Assembly: GCA_000004985.1 (NCBI GenBank)
Contig: GG738852.1
DNA length: 64,000 bases
Direction: 5' to 3' (one strand)
Source: Naegleria gruberi
Taxonomy: Eukaryota
Shown: positions 1 through 10,048 of the stretch, one piece after another
Layout: each line of letters begins with the position of its first letter
Numbering within the stretch: position 1 is the stretch's first letter
Notes under the pieces: generated by a model
What the model was told of the DNA's origin: nothing
The model's database searches: none
The model's input: the letters and a program-made list of their open reading frames with translations, nothing else
Position numbers and translations under genes: made by a program

Positions 1-560
1 TCAATTCCTTTGTTGGATGTGTATTACATAGAGGAACAGCAGTTCCATTCACTCTCCAAATTGACCACAATGTGACTGTATAATCATATCCAGGATCGAA
101 CAAGAAACAAATCTTTTCATTGGTCAATAGTTTCACTTTTTGATTAGAATCATCAATAGCATTCTCACCACAATATTGATCAACCAATTTGTTTGCAAAA
201 TTGCCACTATCCCGAATCAAATCAGAATAGGTATATTTTGTTGTGATAAATTCTTCACTGTTTGCTTTGTTTTGTTCATGTTGGTGGTGATGATGCTTTT
301 CCGAATGATGATGATTGGTAATAATGGCAATATTATCCTGTCTAGAGAGTCCCTTCTCGAATAATTTTGAGGATGAAACTATGAAAAGATGATCAACATT
401 ATGTTACTAAAAACGAAAACATACTGTACAATGTATGATCAAGTCTCTTTTGCAGATTTTCTAACTTGATATTCTTTCCATTCCATATACAATATATTAA
501 TCTATTACCATTTGCCAAAAGTGTTTGTTTCTCGTTAGCCGAAGAGAACAGCTTCCTCAT
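1..560 (-). CDS. AMP-dependent synthetase/ligase (acyl-CoA synthetase family), 5' portion. Exons 560..425 and 378..1; the gene continues past the window start.
   Basis: Minus-strand translation: MRKLFSSANEKQTLLANGNRLIYCIWNGKNIKLENLQKRLDHTLY | ISSSKLFEKGLSRQDNIAIITNHHH...YTYSDLIRDSGNFANKLVDQYCGENAIDDSNQKVKLLTNEKICFLFDPGYDYTVTLWSIWRVNGTAVPLCNTHPTKEL. This matches the N-terminal region of AMP-binding enzymes (TY+eL...fAN.L ... W.iwr.G...VPL). A 46-nt GT-AG intron lies at 379..424 (gtatgt...ttttcatag). It is absent from the ORF track because exon 1 is short and exon 2 has no start codon. Confidence 0.45.
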
Positions 561-659
561 ATTCTTAATATTACAATTATTTAAATTTTTTTCAATTAAA
601 AAAAATATTCCAATATCTCGCTTTGTTGTACGAGCCTATTTAAAATAATCGGAAGAAGA

Positions 660-1055
660 ATGGAAGATCTATTGTTGGATGCTTTGGAAAATAATACTTT
701 GGAAATTGTTGACAAGTTGAATCAATTGTCTATCATGATTGAAAAGTATGATGCAAAGGAAACAAAACCTCACTGGTTTGATACAATTGAAAATTTGGAT
801 AAACAATATACTGATTTGTTGTCCTTGTGTCATCAACATGCCAACACTCCGCTCATGCAAGAACAATATCCATATGATTTATTACAAGTTATTGATAGAA
901 ACGAATCACCTGATCAATACTTGAGAACTGTCACCGAAAGGGCACAACAAAAAATTGAATATGCTAACGGAAAGAAACTTGCTGTCAAACAATTGAGAGA
1001 TGTTATTAGAAGTGAGATTGAAAAGAACTTTTCCGAGAATGATATGAAAGAGTAA
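660..1055 (+). CDS. MED10: Mediator complex subunit 10 (MED10/Nut2), single exon, 131 aa
   Basis: ATG at 660. The C-terminal half PYDLLQVIDRNESPDQYLRTVTERAQQKIEYANGKKLAVKQLRDVIRSEIEKNFSENDM is collinear with human MED10 PLEVFEYIDQGRNPQLYTKECLERALAKNEQVKGKIDTMKKFKSLLIQELSKVFPEDM. The length matches the family. Confidence 0.8.
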   Translation: MEDLLLDALENNTLEIVDKLNQLSIMIEKYDAKETKPHWFDTIENLDKQYTDLLSLCHQHANTPLMQEQYPYDLLQVIDRNESPDQYLRTVTERAQQKIEYANGKKLAVKQLRDVIRSEIEKNFSENDMKE

Positions 1056-1057
1056 TT

Positions 1058-3844
1058 TTACTTTTTTCTTTCGGAAAGTTTTGGCCTTTTATCATTAATT
1101 AGCGTATCTTCCACTACTCGAGGCTTTTGGGTAATTTTGCTTGGAGCACGATTATTACCTACACTTGTATTATTAGTTTTCTTGATAGAATTGCTACTTT
1201 TGGATGTGGAATTGGCTTTTTTCGACTTGTCATCAATAAAATCAGACAGTTTCACACTAATAGTTTTGGATGGGGAGTAGTTATTGACCTCAGTTTCTTT
1301 GAGGATGGCTGAAGTATCTCTCAATGCTGTTGTAAGAATGGTATTGAGAGATTGTCTAGGAGATTCGGGTCTCTTTGGAATTGATGGATTTGTGAGAATT
1401 GGTTGATAGGGCTTGTTACTCTTCTTTAAAGGATTCTTGTTATTTAACACTTTGGGTGTGGCAACAAATTGAGATTGTTGAGGAGCAAAAGCAACAACTC
1501 TTGGTGATGGTCTTGGAGAGGGTACTGAAGATCCCTTAAATGCCTTCTCTAACCTTTTAGGTATGGTTGGAGAAATGAAAAATGAATCATCTTCATTGAT
1601 AAATATTATATCTGGTTCATACTCTTTTGGTTGAGACAAGAGCTCTGGTGAAGGTTTTCTGTTTGGTGTCGAAAGGTCTTTCTTGTCAAGTTCTGGAGAA
1701 CCCATATTGTAATTTAGATTCTTACTTGATTCTGCTCTTTGCTTTTTTAACAATTTGTGAAACATTAGAGTTTCCTCCTCTGAATCTTGTGGTTGAGTGA
1801 TAGCACTGGTTCCTTCATCATTGTGGTAGTTTGGGATATTATTGAGAGTGAAGAATTTTTCAACTTCCTCTTCAATCTCCTTCTCAGTGAACATATCCTC
1901 CTTTAAATCGACTTCTGTTGACGATTTAATAGGCGTTGCAACATTGTACATCGGTTCTTCCTTTTTTTCTTCTATTACTTCTCTTGTAAGTTTGTTCTCT
2001 TCATAAGTTGAAGTTGGTTTTCTGATATCTTGTATTGTGTAATTGGTTGAAAGCATTTCTTCAGTTTCCAATATTCTCTCCTCAATGATTTTGTCATTAG
2101 CCTTGTCCCCAGAGTCTTGAGTGGATTCAGTGTAAATCGATCTCCTTGCTTCATTTCTTAGGAAATTCTCGATATAAGGACCTTTTCCAGTTTTTGGGAG
2201 GTACGGAAACTTGAACGGTTATGGGTGAATAACTTGATCAGAAAACTTACATTCATAAGATTGGATGGCTTGATGTCGATCCATTCTGCATTTCTTAACA
2301 TTCTATCAATATCAAAGGGCAGTTTAATGTTGAGTGCACCAATCTTTTCCAATTCCTTCTTGTGTAATCCCTTAGTGGGTGTGACCACAAGATCCATTTC
2401 ACTCTTCGCTTCTTCTTGAGGTTTACATGCTTCAATAATGGGTTGCATATCCTCAATTGGTGGAGGGCTTAATTCTAGAGTTGATTCATGTATTGGCATT
2501 TGGAATTGATTCGTAGAAGCTAATTCAATTATTTCAACTATCTTTTCAGGAGTCTTTTCTTCAGTTGTGACCTCATCTGTAATACACGGTGATTCCATCA
2601 TGATTGTGAGCTGCTCTCTAACAAGACTATCATCCTCTTCAGTATTTGTCATTGTTGATGAGTCAATTGTTCCACCTTCTTTATGAGCATAAGTGTTAAC
2701 TGTTTGCTTGATTAGCGAGTGAAACTTGCTTAGGGATTTCTCAAATATTTCGAAGAGTGGCTCTTTCTTAATATCATCAGTTGAGTATTGTTTTTCTACA
2801 AGTGTTTTTTTAGAGAAGGCAAAGAATAAATGTAGAGCTCCTTCAAAACCTAGGGAAGTATTCTTTAGGGATTGTTTGTGTACCAGTGCTTCTTTTAATA
2901 AAAAGGCCATTACGTCGTCAGTTACTGCGTTTGGTTTAAGTATTTTCAATTTTAAATAGGAACTTACAATGATCGTAATATGCACTGTTGGAATATAACT
3001 TTTTAGTGTCCAATACTGCCTCTCTCCACAATTTAGGGATAACAAAAGGAGATTCTTCACTTTCAAAGTTGACCAGAATAGAGTTTGATAAGAGATTATT
3101 AACAGATGGACTCTCTGAAAGAAGAGAAACTGATGATTCAATTGCTTTCTTATCCAAGCTATTGTTATTGAAATACTGTTTAAATCTTCTCAATGTGATT
3201 GCTCCCTTGTAGGCTCCTGCATCATTCATTACCTCAAATGCTTGATTAAGGACAAACTCTGGTGTTATTGATTGACCATTCCTAGCATAATCACTTGCAA
3301 TAACAATAACAAGAACAAGTATTTCCTCCAATGATAGTACTGACTTGTTCTCATCATCCAATAGGAAGAATAAATGCTCAACCGATCGGAGCCAATCATC
3401 CGTACATTGCCACTGAAATTTCAAGTCCTTATTTTGACAATTAATTAACATTCCCATCAGAACATCTAACTGATAATCTGTATAATTTTCCATAAAGAAT
3501 TTGTTCCATTCCGACTCCATTATATTATTTCGTTTTTGAGGAGATGAGGCTACATTCTCCTTTAGATCTGTTATTGTAAGTGCTGATTGTTTGGTCCATT
3601 GCAAGAATAGCATATCAAACTCCTCCTCTGAAATCATTCCACCTAATAGCCAATCCAATATTGTTTTAAATTTCTCCAATGATTCAATACTTGCTTTCCC
3701 TCCACATATGTCCAACACAATTTCAATGTACAAGCTTTTTGCATGATTATCCTTAGGATTATTTGTTAGGGACGATGTGAAATTCGAAGAGTTGGGTTGT
3801 CTCTCCGATGATGATGAAATGTGACCATGTCCCTTAATACTCAT
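1058..3844 (-). CDS. Hypothetical ~900-aa protein with a globular N-terminal region and a long Ser/Pro/Lys-rich disordered tail. Three exons: join(3844..2968, 2924..2251, 2209..1058).
   Basis: Three overlapping minus-strand ORFs (2936..3925, 2158..3141, 1058..2071) join in frame through a 43-nt intron (2925..2967, gtaagt...acgcag) and a 41-nt intron (2210..2250, gtaagt...ttcaag). Exon lengths are 877+674+1152 = 2703 nt = 901 codons. The first true ATG is at 3844 (MSIKGHGH...); the track start at 3925 is TTG. No family recognised. Confidence 0.5.
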
Positions 3845-4207
3845 TTGTTTTATATTGGATTTTTTAACGGAAACAAACAAGGGCTCACTTGGGCGGGAAA
3901 ATACTGTTTCTTTGTGTATGTTCAAATTGATGATTATTTCTAATAAATTATCTCAAATTTAGATAATAAATTAAACAGAGATTCTTTAACTCTCATCATC
4001 GACGATGCAGACACGGAACCAATACTTTCTTGCATAATATCGGATAAAAAGTTTTAGTAATTTTAATTACATTGTACTATAGAAAGATAGTGATGATAAT
4101 TTGTTCATTATTAATAATGTTAATACCCACTCCAATACTCATCAACAAGTTAATTGACTCCACCGTATTATTTATTTAATAAATTTATCATCACAGAAAT
4201 TTCTCGT

Positions 4208-5998
4208 ATGCAAAAATACTTCAACAAAAAAATGTCAACAAAAACAACAGCCCTTGACTCTATTCTCAAACACTTAATCGATAAGGATCAACAAGATGAT
4301 TCAGAAGATTCCATCAATAAAAACTTTATAGAGGATTTTGTTAATTCAAAAGTACAAGATAGAATTAAACATTGGATAAAATCATTATATGAATATCAAA
4401 AGAATTCATCATCACAAATAACATCATCGGGAATTAAAAAATTACTAGTAGATGGGTAGGTGTTTTTACATAGTATTTGATGTATTATTGATATTATTAG
4501 ATTTGATGAAGAACAAGTTTGGAGTCAGCTTGCAACATTTCATCAACCTCTTCTTTCACAACTCTCCAACAAGATTGACAAGATGGAAAATTTAGAATCG
4601 ATAGTAAATGACGAAGTTTTGCAATATTTAAGTGATTCAGATGACGAAGAACAAGAAGAAGGAGAAGAAAATGTTGATGAACGAGCACTCCGAAGAATGA
4701 TGTCCATGGATGAAAGTGATGAAGAGGATGACGAAGAAGATGGCATGGAAGAAGATAAACCAACCACAACAACAAGAAATAATAAGAAAACTCTGAGAGG
4801 AGATGAAGCTAAGGAGTATATAGCTGATGATTTTGAAGAACAAGATATCAATACATTCCTTGACGATATGGAAAAGAATATGGATGCTCTTGATGAAATG
4901 GATTACGATGAAAATGAAAAGCAAAATAACAGAGAAGAAAAGAGAGCCATGGGTGAATTATACGGAGATGAAGATATTGATGAAGATGAAGAAGAGGATG
5001 AAGAACCAAGATCAGGAAAGGAACAAAAATCAGCTTTTGAATTGGAACAAGAACGTTTATTGGAAAGAATGGAAGAATTGGAAAATAAGAATATCAGAAA
5101 TAAGGATTGGCAAGAAATTGGTGAAGTTGATGCTAAGAAGAGACCAATGAATTCACTTGTTGAAGAAGGAAAGTTATCATTTGAACATGCTCACAAAGCT
5201 AAACCAGTCATTACTGAAGAAATTACAAAGGATTTGGAAAGTATTATTATTAGCAGAATTGTCAGTGGTATTTATGATGATCCTGTGAAATTGTCTGATG
5301 AGGATAAGAATGAAGATTTAAAGCAAGACATTCAATTGGAACATGAAAAATCCAAGAAATCTCTCGCTCAAATCTATGAAGAAATGTACCTGAAAAAGGT
5401 TGAAGGAGTTGATATTGAAGAAGAAAAGAAGGAAGATCCAGTTGTCAAGGCAACCAAACAAAAAGTTCTTAAACAAGTTTCAGATTTGTTACGAGTTCTT
5501 AACCAAATGTCATCCTTTACCTATGTTGCCCCACCAAGAATTGATTTGGAAGACGAATCTGAAAACAAGACTGTTACAAATACAGTGACAGGAAAGGAAG
5601 AAGGTGAAAAGAATGCTAATGAAATTCTCCCAGCTGTCAAATGGTTACCACAGGCAGGGGAAGAAATGACCGAACAAGATAAGAAGAGAAAGAGAAGACA
5701 ATTCAAAGAAACAACAAGCAAAAAGGCAAAGAAGGCTAATGAATTAGTTGACAAATTGAATCCAGGAGCTTCTTCTCATGCCACAAAATTACTCGATGAT
5801 ATCAATCAAAGAAAGGATAATACAAAGAAGGAAAAGGCTTCAAAGTTGGAAGACGCTTCCGCTGTTGAATCTGACAAGATGTTTGGTAGCTCTAAACAAT
5901 TCTTTAACAAGATTCAAGATAATATTAGAAAGATTCACGGAGCTAAGGCAGCTAAGAAGGAAAAGAGTGGAGTTGTTAATAACAGTAAGGACGAATAA
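4208..5998 (+). CDS. MPP10: U3 snoRNP protein MPP10 (M-phase phosphoprotein 10). Two exons: join(4208..4455, 4501..5998), 581 aa.
   Basis: The acidic N-terminal half and C-terminal block SAFELEQERLLERMEELENKNIRNKDWQEIGEVDAKKRPMNSLVEEGKLSFEHAHKAKPVITEEITKDLESIIISRI...LEHEKSKKSLAQIYEEMYLKK are collinear with the human MPP10 core (KSWQLQGEVTAQKRPENSLLEE..HFDHAVRMAPVITEETT..LEDIIKQRI..LDHEKSKLSLAEIYEQEYIK). A 45-nt intron 4456..4500 (gtaggt...attattag) links the two ORFs in frame. ATG at 4208 (4154 is TTG). Confidence 0.8.
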
Positions 5999-6284
5999 AC
6001 GAGACATTCAAAATATTTTTGTAAATCAAAATCATTTCTGTTGAAGAAAACTACCACAATTATTCATTGAACAATCTCAGTTGTTTGACGAAACTGTCTC
6101 TCCACAAGTGGTTGGAAAGAGATTATCAATTAAAAAAGTACAATTTTAAAAATTGTATTCCTAATGATCTATCTTGGTTGAAGGATTCCTTAATATTTTT
6201 CTCAATCTCATAAGGTTCTCTCTGAAACAATTTTAATCCGATCTAGTAATGCAATATATAACGTACTTCTCTTAATAAAAAAGA

Positions 6285-9141
6285 ATGCTATCAAATGCAC
6301 CACCACTGTTGAATAAAACAATTGGACAGTTGGTTAGGCAGGAAACTGTGGAAAAACCTCTCAATCAATCTTCACCCCAACAACAGTCAAAGAGTGGCAC
6401 CACCTCTTCAGCAGGACAAACTGTTGTCCTCTCCGTTATTCCGGATGATAAGAAGAATTTAGAGAGTAGGGGAGGAAAAACCTTGATGCTCAATGTGGAG
6501 GTTATTGGAGAATCGAAATTTAAAGTACTCTCCAGCACCAAATCCAAGATTTCTGAAGTGTATGAAACGATATGTTCAAAGATTGGATTAAATTCGGAAG
6601 GTAAAAAGTACTTTTCCCTCTCTCAAATTGTCTATGATGAAGATACCGAAATAATGAGTAGGTTAACATAATATTTATTGAGAAAATTATAATTAATGAA
6701 TAGATAGGTTTTTGAATTTTGAGAAAACTGTGGAGGAGGAAAATGTATCATCCTCAAGTACTTTGAATTTCATTATTAAAGTCCTCAAGAAGCCTATTGA
6801 TATTAAGGATCTGCAGGCAGAGATTCTGTTTGTTAAACAATTGCATCACTTCTTCACAACCAGACTTTTCAAGGGCACTGAAAAGCAATCCATCTTGATG
6901 GCTTCACTAATGATTCAAATGAATTTTGGAGATTATGATCATGAAAAGCATAAGATTGGATTTTTAAAGTAAGTAGTGTAAGTTGGCATCAAATTCTCAT
7001 GAGAATAGTAAAATTGAATTGGAGCATCTCATTCCAATAAGTGTGACAAAGCATGATCATGCTTACTGGCAAGCGAGATTACTGAGGCTCTACAATAAAT
7101 GGAATGGAATGTCAAAAAAGGAAGCTGTCTATGCATTTATTGATGTTGCATGCAAGACATCACATTTTGGATTATCATTCTTTAGAGTTGAGGTTGGGGT
7201 GGAAAAGAGAAAGAGAAGTTTAGCAATTGGAGAAGATGGTCTTTTCCTCTTTGACAAGATTAACCTTGTAAGTTTCTTCAAGTTAATAATTAAGGTCTTA
7301 TTTCCATAAATCATCAGAAACCAGAATGTTGGAGATGGAGCAAGATTCAAACTTGGAGGTCAATTGTAAAAGATAAGCAGAATAGTACTCTTGAAATTGA
7401 TATAGTTGGAAGTAAGAATACTGTGTCTGTTAATTCCCCAAAGGAAACCCACCAAATGATTATTTACTTGATAGAAATGTATTATTCATTCCTACCAGAT
7501 GATATGAAAACTTGTAAATTGGATTCGGAAATTGACTCCTCTCCTTGCCTCTCTCTGTATCATAGGCCTCAAAAACGAACATTCATAGGAATGTTCACAA
7601 GTAGAGTTGAATATTTAGTGAGATACTATATGGAAATTAATGCTAGAGGAAGGAATGTACCTTTAAAAACAATTTGTAAACAGCTTGATGATGTGATAGA
7701 CGATGACACCACTCTTACCTCACTAAAAGTTGGTAGAGGAGATTTAGATGATGGAAATGTGAGCTTTTTATTGGATCCTTTGGAGGTTTGTTGTGCATAT
7801 AAGGCAGATATTAGCTTTCCTTGGAAGGAAAATTTGAATCTGACAAGTTTAGATTTTGGTGGAAATATCATAAGAGCCGAATCTGGAAGACTAATTGATG
7901 TAATTTCATATTTTACTAATTTAACATATCTTAATCTTTCTGGAGTGTTCTTGTATAATGAAAAGAAGAAGTTTTTAGAATTTCTCACAGTTAGCAAATC
8001 CTTGGAAGGTTTAGAGTTGTCCATGTGTGGACTGGATCACAAATTCCTCAAAAGTATTATGGAAATTGTAATGGGACCTTCTAGATCCAAGCTGAAAATT
8101 CTTAACGTTTCAAAAAACAGATTGAAAAACAAATCATTAGAGCTTATTTACAATTCTATGGAATTTTTTTCCTATGAGGAATTGAATATTGCTCAGAACA
8201 AGTTCAAAGCAGCCAAAGATAATATGGTAAAGGAATTTTTCAGGAAATTGGAGCCAAATCAAAAGATTACCAAATTGGATATTAGTGGAATGAATATTGG
8301 AGAAAAGATGGGTGAGTACTTGACTGAATTGATTGCTGTCAGTGCTTCACTTCAAGTTTTGAAAATGTCAAATGTTTCAATCAATGGTCTTGTATTTTAT
8401 AGAATTGGAAGAATTCTGAGAACTCATCCCTCCCTCAGTGAAATTGATCTGTCAATGAATAAGATATTCCAAAAGCTTGGAATTGAAGAAATTGAAGATG
8501 CTTTCTTCTTTCTCTCTTCAAACAAGAGGCTTATATCCATAGATATTTCAGATTGCTCTATCAATGAAAAGGAAGGTGAATATATTGCCAAATTTATGAA
8601 GGAAAACACAACAATAGATCGCTTTTCAATTGCTGGTAATACAATTTCGACATCAACATACGATTTACCTCCTATATGGATGGAAATGATTGAGCAAAAC
8701 ACAATTTTAAATTTGTTTGATTTTACAAATTGTAAACTGTCAAGAAGAGGAATCATATCTTTACTAAGTGCAATGAATAAGAGCAATAGTGCAAAGGAAT
8801 TGTATATGGGAAGAAATTTGATCGATTTCACAATTCCTGAAATTAGAGAAAATTTTAAAAAGCTAAAACTCAGAGTTGTGGATATGAGAATGATGTCCAT
8901 AAATGATAAACAAATACCACTAGTTGCTTCCATCCTCACAGAGAATCCATATATTGAAATTGTTAATTTTGAATCCAATCTAGTGACATTCAATGGAGGC
9001 GAAACATTTGTTAAAATTGTGGGAAAGAAGACTAATCTAAAAAAAGTCGTTTTTGTCTGTAATAGAATTAAGGAACCAGAGAAACCAGTTTTATTCAATT
9101 TATTTATTACCCACACTAATATCAATCACGTTGTTTTGTAA
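6285..9141 (+). CDS. FERM domain fused to ribonuclease-inhibitor-like leucine-rich repeats (906 aa). Four exons: join(6285..6657, 6704..6968, 7009..7267, 7318..9141).
   Basis: Exons 1-4 encode FERM_N (KTLMLNVEVIGESKFKVLSSTKSKISEVYETICSKIGLNSEGKKYFSLSQ), FERM_M (DLQAEILFVKQLHHFFTTRLFKGTEKQSILMASLMIQMNFGDYDHEKH) and FERM_C/PH-like (FGLSFFRVEVG...SLAIGEDGLFLFD...KPECWRWSKIQTWRSI...HQMIIYLIEMYY). They are followed by ~16 RNI-type LRRs (LNLSGV.., LELSMCGLD.., LNVSKNRLKNKSL.., LDISGMNIGEKMGEYLTELI.., IDISDCSINEKEGEYIAKFM..). Introns are 46, 40 and 50 nt, all GT-AG with phases consistent; total 2721 nt. Confidence 0.7.
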
Positions 9142-9305
9142 ATGTATAATAAATAATAATACTGTCTTTTTCTTTTTTAAAAAAAATGAACGAAAGAATA
9201 TTGAATGGTTGGAATTGTGAAGAGTTTGATAAGAAGAGAGTGGAGTAGGTAGTGTGCCTGTTTGAAATATATCATTGATATTTATTCTGTTTTGAAAGGA
9301 TTTTG

Positions 9306-9941
9306 ATGGAAAAGAAATTATATTTTGATTATTCATACATGTTCCGATTGATTGGTTCAAAACAAATTAATGTAGCAATTAATTATTTAATTAATTATTT
9401 GGGAATGAAGAGTAAAATAGAAGAGTTCATATCAAATTGGAGTGATGGAAATATATGTGATTGGGAAATTACTTCTCTGGAAAAGTATTACAGTTTTCTT
9501 AAAGATAAATCAGAAGCCTTTCAACATCTTTGGATGAGTTTAATAATTGTGCAATATTTGAGTTTATTACATTTTATAGCTCACAAGGATCAGAATTATT
9601 ATGTGAAAGCTTTCAGTTTATTACAAAAGGCAATTCTTCCAATGTTGGAACATTACGGTAATGAAAGTCTTGGGAAAATGTTAACCTTACTATTAATTGA
9701 TTTTTCAAAGTATGTTTTAGAACATTAGTGGAATTAACTTTAAAGATACTCTCAATTATCAGGTGTTCCAAAATCAATTCACCAGCTCTACTGCGAATAT
9801 GAAGTTTCCCTCAAAAGTACACTTCAGAATTGTATTCCAGAGATTAATGCAATAACCAAGTTTCAATCAGAAGATGATCTATTTGAGTATCTCCACAATC
9901 AATCAGTTAGTATAAACAAACTCAAGAACCTATGCGAATAA
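9306..9941 (+). CDS. Hypothetical small protein (~177 aa). Two exons: join(9306..9657, 9763..9941).
   Basis: ORF 9303..9728 (ATG at 9306) contains a gtaatg donor at 9658 in phase 1. The acceptor ...ttatcag|9763 opens an in-frame 59-codon stretch (GVPKSIHQLYCEYEVSLKSTLQNCIPEINAITKFQSEDDLFEYLHNQSVSINKLKNLCE*). The 105-nt intron contains TTAAC. No family recognised; this model is tentative. Confidence 0.35.
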
Positions 9942-10048
9942 TAGTGGCAAAAGCATTTAGAACTTTAACATGGTTTAGTTCTTGAAGATTAGTATGATCA
10001 AGTTTCAGATAAATAATTAATACAGGATTTTATTTTGGAAAAATAGAT

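Noticed and set aside
466-648. ORF 466..648 (+), 60 aa
   Set aside because: It overlaps exon 1 (560..425) of the minus-strand AMP-binding gene and shows no conservation.
4497-4924. Minus-strand ORFs 4497..4775, 4543..4851 and 4637..4924 antisense to MPP10, and similar antisense ORFs elsewhere (7626..8024, 8424..9125, 12022..13216, 35302..35837, 44477..44695, 52328..52522)
   Set aside because: They lie opposite strongly supported genes in low-complexity or acidic, AT-rich regions. Their composition is Ser/Leu/Phe/Ile repeats with no conservation. They are typical chance ORFs.
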